From positions 1,728,001-1,792,000 of the forward strand of contig CBDHDG010000006.1 in the NCBI GenBank assembly GCA_965261595.1: a DNA stretch of 64,000 nt, written 5' to 3'. The stretch is from a bacterium. Its GTDB lineage: Bacteria; UBA8248; JACPRG01; G963555815. A program made the position numbers and the translations under genes. The notes beneath the pieces are model-generated. The model worked only from the letters and a program-made list of their open reading frames with translations, was not told where the DNA came from and did not search any database. Of this stretch, positions 63,139-64,000 are shown piece by piece (positions within the stretch are counted from its first letter, which is position 1; every line of letters starts with the position of its first letter).

Positions 63139-64000
63139 ATGACTGTCGTTTCAATTCGCGAGCCACGAGTGACCGGATGAGAGGCTCTGACCTACCAGCA
63201 AAAAATCGGCTTTGCTGAATTGCGGCTGTGTTGATCTTCTTGATGATGTGCTCAGCGCTGTGATCCAAAGGAAGCAACCAATCGCTATCGGGACGGGACG
63301 TTGGTGCTACGGCGACATCGTGGGCAATCGGAAGCCAACTGCCCAGCGCGGCACCTCGGCGAACAATGGCGACGCCATGGCTTCCGATGACGAAGCTCCT
63401 CTTCCGACAACGAATGACTGCGATGAGCAGTCCTGTGTTCCGACAAAATTGCTCAACGTCTGCTTGAAGAAGTGGATGATCGCCGGAGTGAAAGCGAGCC
63501 TTAGTGTTCTGTTTCGCAGCAGCCTTGATCTTTCTTAGCTCTGGGTACTGACCCACCAATACACTATCTGGGGCAACCATTCCGGCTTCGCAAAACAACC
63601 GATCTACGGCAAAACTCCAAACATCGTCAAATCGTTCATTTAAATTTAGCATTTCATCCGAAAACTCTGGCGTGCGCCGGCATGAAGCATGATAGAATTG
63701 TTTCCAAGAATCCATTTCGTTTGGAGAAAGATCAGGAGGCTCATTGTTGCGCGCATGACTTATGATTCGTTGAATTGCCGGCGCAGCGTCACTCTCAACG
63801 CGTTGGAGAAGTTGTTCGTTTGTGTCGTGTTTGATGTCGATGTTATCCAAGTCATGATCAGTGTTCAGATCTCCCACCTTGAAAACTTTATTCGGTGCAC
63901 GCTTGAAGATATTCTCCTCAATCTTGTCACCCACCCAGACCTGACCATTATCATCACAAAAATTGTGTATAAGGAACTTTGAAATGTAGTGGTGCTGTAC
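63131..64000 (-). CDS. DUF4238-family protein (5' end beyond the window)
   Basis: Frame open to the edge: QHHYISKFLIHNF..; later RTP, FVIG, WLPI, IN. Confidence 0.65.
   Translation of the reverse strand, partial: VQHHYISKFLIHNFCDDNGQVWVGDKIEENIFKRAPNKVFKVGDLNTDHDLDNIDIKHDTNEQLLQRVESDAAPAIQRIISHARNNEPPDLSPNEMDSWKQFYHASCRRTPEFSDEMLNLNERFDDVWSFAVDRLFCEAGMVAPDSVLVGQYPELRKIKAAAKQNTKARFHSGDHPLLQADVEQFCRNTGLLIAVIRCRKRSFVIGSHGVAIVRRGAALGSWLPIAHDVAVAPTSRPDSDWLLPLDHSAEHIIKKINTAAIQQSRFFAGRSEPLIRSLVARELKRQSFK

Noticed and set aside
1..64000. CRISPR array, tRNA or rRNA
   Set aside because: No regularly spaced repeat-spacer array, tRNA T-arm motif or rRNA-like stretch recognised by eye

Overview
GC-rich bacterial chromosome segment in two parts. 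Bases ~1-18.7 kb are housekeeping genes, mostly on the minus strand: tatA, dnaE, ABM, guaA, membrane protein, MBL hydrolase, gamma-PGA hydrolase, guaB, dam, mutL; then mazG, EamA, an IS-disrupted NMT1/THI5-type binding protein and an FGE-family gene. Several (guaB, mutL, MBL) are frameshifted, mostly at long G/C runs. Bases ~18.7-64 kb are a lower-GC, IS-riddled nested mobile/defence island. It holds IS3 (four full-length copies of three types), IS66 with a DUF4338 passenger, IS1595, IS1380, IS256 and IS481 pieces; TIGR02391; a type IIG-like RM fusion; a split DUF2971; a Calx-beta autotransporter; an intact Ubl-E2-JAB/E1 (Bub-like) operon; a type I hsdM/hsdS pair with Fic and Sir2-HerA cassettes stacked between them; four arm-type tyrosine recombinases; vsr-dcm-REase-RloC-like genes; and DUF4238. 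The most notable items are the Bub-like operon (Ubl ends in Ala, no canonical catalytic Cys), a 46-aa hsdS/hsdM chimeric ORF marking cassette stacking, two divergent integrases abutting an internal ssb fragment, a diverged ~150-bp non-coding repeat and a G18 tract breaking mutL. All family calls come from motif recognition by eye; no searches were run.
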